Assembly (NCBI GenBank): GCA_049975265.1
Contig: JBNGDF010000023.1
Coordinates: forward strand, 1-37,462
DNA from: Fidelibacterota bacterium
Lineage (GTDB): Bacteria > Fidelibacterota > UBA2242
Direction: 5' to 3'
Length of the DNA stretch: 37,462 bases
A program made the position numbers and the translations under genes. Each line of letters opens with the position of its first letter. Within the stretch, counting starts at the first letter, position 1. The notes beneath the pieces are model-generated. The model ran no database searches. It was given only the letters and a program-made list of their open reading frames with translations, and was not told the DNA's origin. Shown one piece after another: positions 36,441-37,462 of this stretch.

Positions 36441-36929
36441 ATGCAACGATTATGGGCACCCTGGCGGATTGAATATATTAAGGGACCAAAGGAAAAGGGC
36501 TGCTTCTTCTGTAAGTATAGCCGCGAGCATGACGACCGCAAGAACCTGATTCTGCATCGCGGGAAGTATGCCTTCGTAATGATGAACTTTTATCCTTATA
36601 ACAATGGTCATCTGATGATTGCTCCCTACCGACACACCGCCGAATTAGATGATCTGGATGACGACACAAAGCTCGAAATGATGAACTACATCGGGCATTG
36701 TCAGAGAGCTTTAAGCAAATATTTAACTGCACAGGGATTTAATATCGGCATAAATATTGGCTGTGTAGCCGGTGCCGGCGTTGAAGATCATCTGCACATT
36801 CATATCGTTCCCCGCTGGAACGGTGATACTAATTTTATGCCGGTCTCCGGTCATACCAAGGTCATCAGCCAGGGGCTTGAAGATACGTGGTTGACGTTGC
36901 GTCAATACTTTGAAAATATTGATCTATGA
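36441..36929 (+). CDS. HIT-family hydrolase (FHIT / Ap4A phosphorylase-like)
   Basis: 'LWAPWR..YI', 'CFFC', 'NFYPYNNGHLMI', 'GFNIGINIG..AGAG', histidine triad 'HLHIHIVPRW.GD.NFM'. Confidence 0.95.
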   Translation: MQRLWAPWRIEYIKGPKEKGCFFCKYSREHDDRKNLILHRGKYAFVMMNFYPYNNGHLMIAPYRHTAELDDLDDDTKLEMMNYIGHCQRALSKYLTAQGFNIGINIGCVAGAGVEDHLHIHIVPRWNGDTNFMPVSGHTKVISQGLEDTWLTLRQYFENIDL

Positions 36930-36933
36930 CCGA

Positions 36934-36962
36934 TTGACTATCGCACTTTTTTCTTTTAAATT
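36934..36962 (+). promoter_or_regulatory. Promoter for tRNA-Asn
   Basis: TTGACT, 17-nt spacer, TAAATT about 100 nt upstream of the tRNA. Confidence 0.68.
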
Positions 36963-37061
36963 AGCACGCTTTTTACATGAATCGGATTATTGAAGTCCAG
37001 CAACAACAGGTTGCAGGTTCTCATGAGCATAGCGATCCATTTCGAGTTTTTTTAAATAGAT

Positions 37062-37134
37062 TCCGGCGTAGCTCAATCGGCAGAGCGGGTGGCTGTTAAC
37101 CACTAGGTTGTAGGTTCGAGTCCTACCGTCGGAG
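37062..37134 (+). tRNA. tRNA-Asn(GTT)
   Basis: TCCGGCGTAGCTCAATCGGCAGAGCGGGTGGCT-GTT-AACCACTAGGTTGTAGGTTCGAGTCCTACCGTCGGAG: acceptor stem TCCGGCG/CGTCGGA, canonical D and T arms, discriminator G; CCA not encoded. Confidence 0.97.
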
Positions 37135-37147
37135 CATCAATCAGAAA

Positions 37148-37405
37148 TTACCATATTATCTCTATATTCTATATTCAGAGTCTATTGATCGTTTTTACAT
37201 CGGTATATCTTCTGATCCGGATCGACGATTGGATTATCATAATTCACAACAAAAAGGTTGGACTCGGCGTGGACGCCCATGGCAATTGGTGTATATGAAG
37301 GAATATCAAGATCGACATGACGCTCAACATTGGGAAAATTGGTTGAAAAGGCAGAAATCTCGAGGCATTATAGAACAAATTGTTAGTCTTCAGATAGATA
37401 AATAG
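37148..37405 (+). CDS. Small stand-alone GIY-YIG nuclease (UPF0213-like), no canonical start codon (possible pseudogene)
   Basis: Not in the ORF track. Manual translation: LPYYLYILYSESIDRFYIGISSDPDRRLDYHNSQQKGWTRRGRPWQLVYMKEYQDRHDAQHWENWLKRQKSRGIIEQIVSLQIDK*. Shows YLYIL...FYIG, RR..H N, T...RPW.LVY and A..E..LK. The first codon is TTA, with no ATG/GTG/TTG back to the in-frame TAA at 37097. Confidence 0.88.
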   Translation, partial: LPYYLYILYSESIDRFYIGISSDPDRRLDYHNSQQKGWTRRGRPWQLVYMKEYQDRHDAQHWENWLKRQKSRGIIEQIVSLQIDK

Positions 37406-37406
37406 T

Positions 37407-37462
37407 CGGGTGGCTGTTATCCCGAAATTCGGGATGTAGGTTCGAGTCCTACCGTCGGAGCA
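37407..37462 (+). repeat. Copy of the tRNA-Asn 3' part with a palindrome replacing part of the anticodon arm and variable loop (reaches window end)
   Basis: 37407-37419 is identical to 37086-37098 and 37435-37462 is identical to 37109-37136. The 10 nt ACCACTAGGT are replaced by TCCCGAAATTCGGGA (37420-37434). Confidence 0.93.

Noticed and set aside
36977..37099. 40-codon ORF in the tRNA-Asn leader, in frame with the GIY-YIG ORF across the TAA at 37097
   Set aside because: No SD, it runs through the tRNA, and a one-in-three frame coincidence explains it. There is no evidence for TAA readthrough.
1004..37134. Integrated island or prophage between the two tRNAs
   Set aside because: The tRNAs are different and point outward, their duplications are local, housekeeping genes lie between them, and no integrase or phage gene is present.
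37407..37462. Second functional tRNA-Asn
   Set aside because: It lacks the 5' acceptor strand and D-arm, and the 3' side of the anticodon stem is replaced by a palindrome.

Overview
Chromosomal window from a diderm bacterium, probably of the FCB superphylum (Marinimicrobia/KSB1/Calditrichota/Ignavibacteria-like; inferred from the 'YPNPFNP' C-terminal sorting domains, PorV-like barrels and SusD-less TonB-dependent receptor). Left flank: a TetR regulator with a palindromic operator ahead of a truncated TolC-like gene, tRNA-Ser(CGA) followed by interrupted copies of its own 3' end, tadA, an alanine/glycine symporter, suhB, a CsgG/PEGA outer-membrane protein, an output-less GAF-PAS-GAF protein and a lipoprotein. 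The centre (8234-32417) is a tightly packed 13-gene minus-strand cluster of exported proteins: three OB-fold-repeat secreted proteins, a TonB-dependent receptor, three FadL/PorV-like barrels, a ComEA-type helix-hairpin-helix protein fused to a probable beta-barrel, two accessory lipoproteins, a further sorting-domain protein, a 5'-nucleotidase and an EEP nuclease. It reads as a dedicated extracellular nucleic-acid capture, import and degradation locus. Right flank: a motif-degenerate acyl-CoA-synthetase-like gene, an EF-G paralog, a HIT hydrolase and tRNA-Asn(GTT). The tRNA-Asn is followed by an unannotated GIY-YIG nuclease reading frame with no start codon and a hairpin-substituted copy of the tRNA 3' half, at which the window ends. 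All calls come from reading motifs by eye; no database searches were run.
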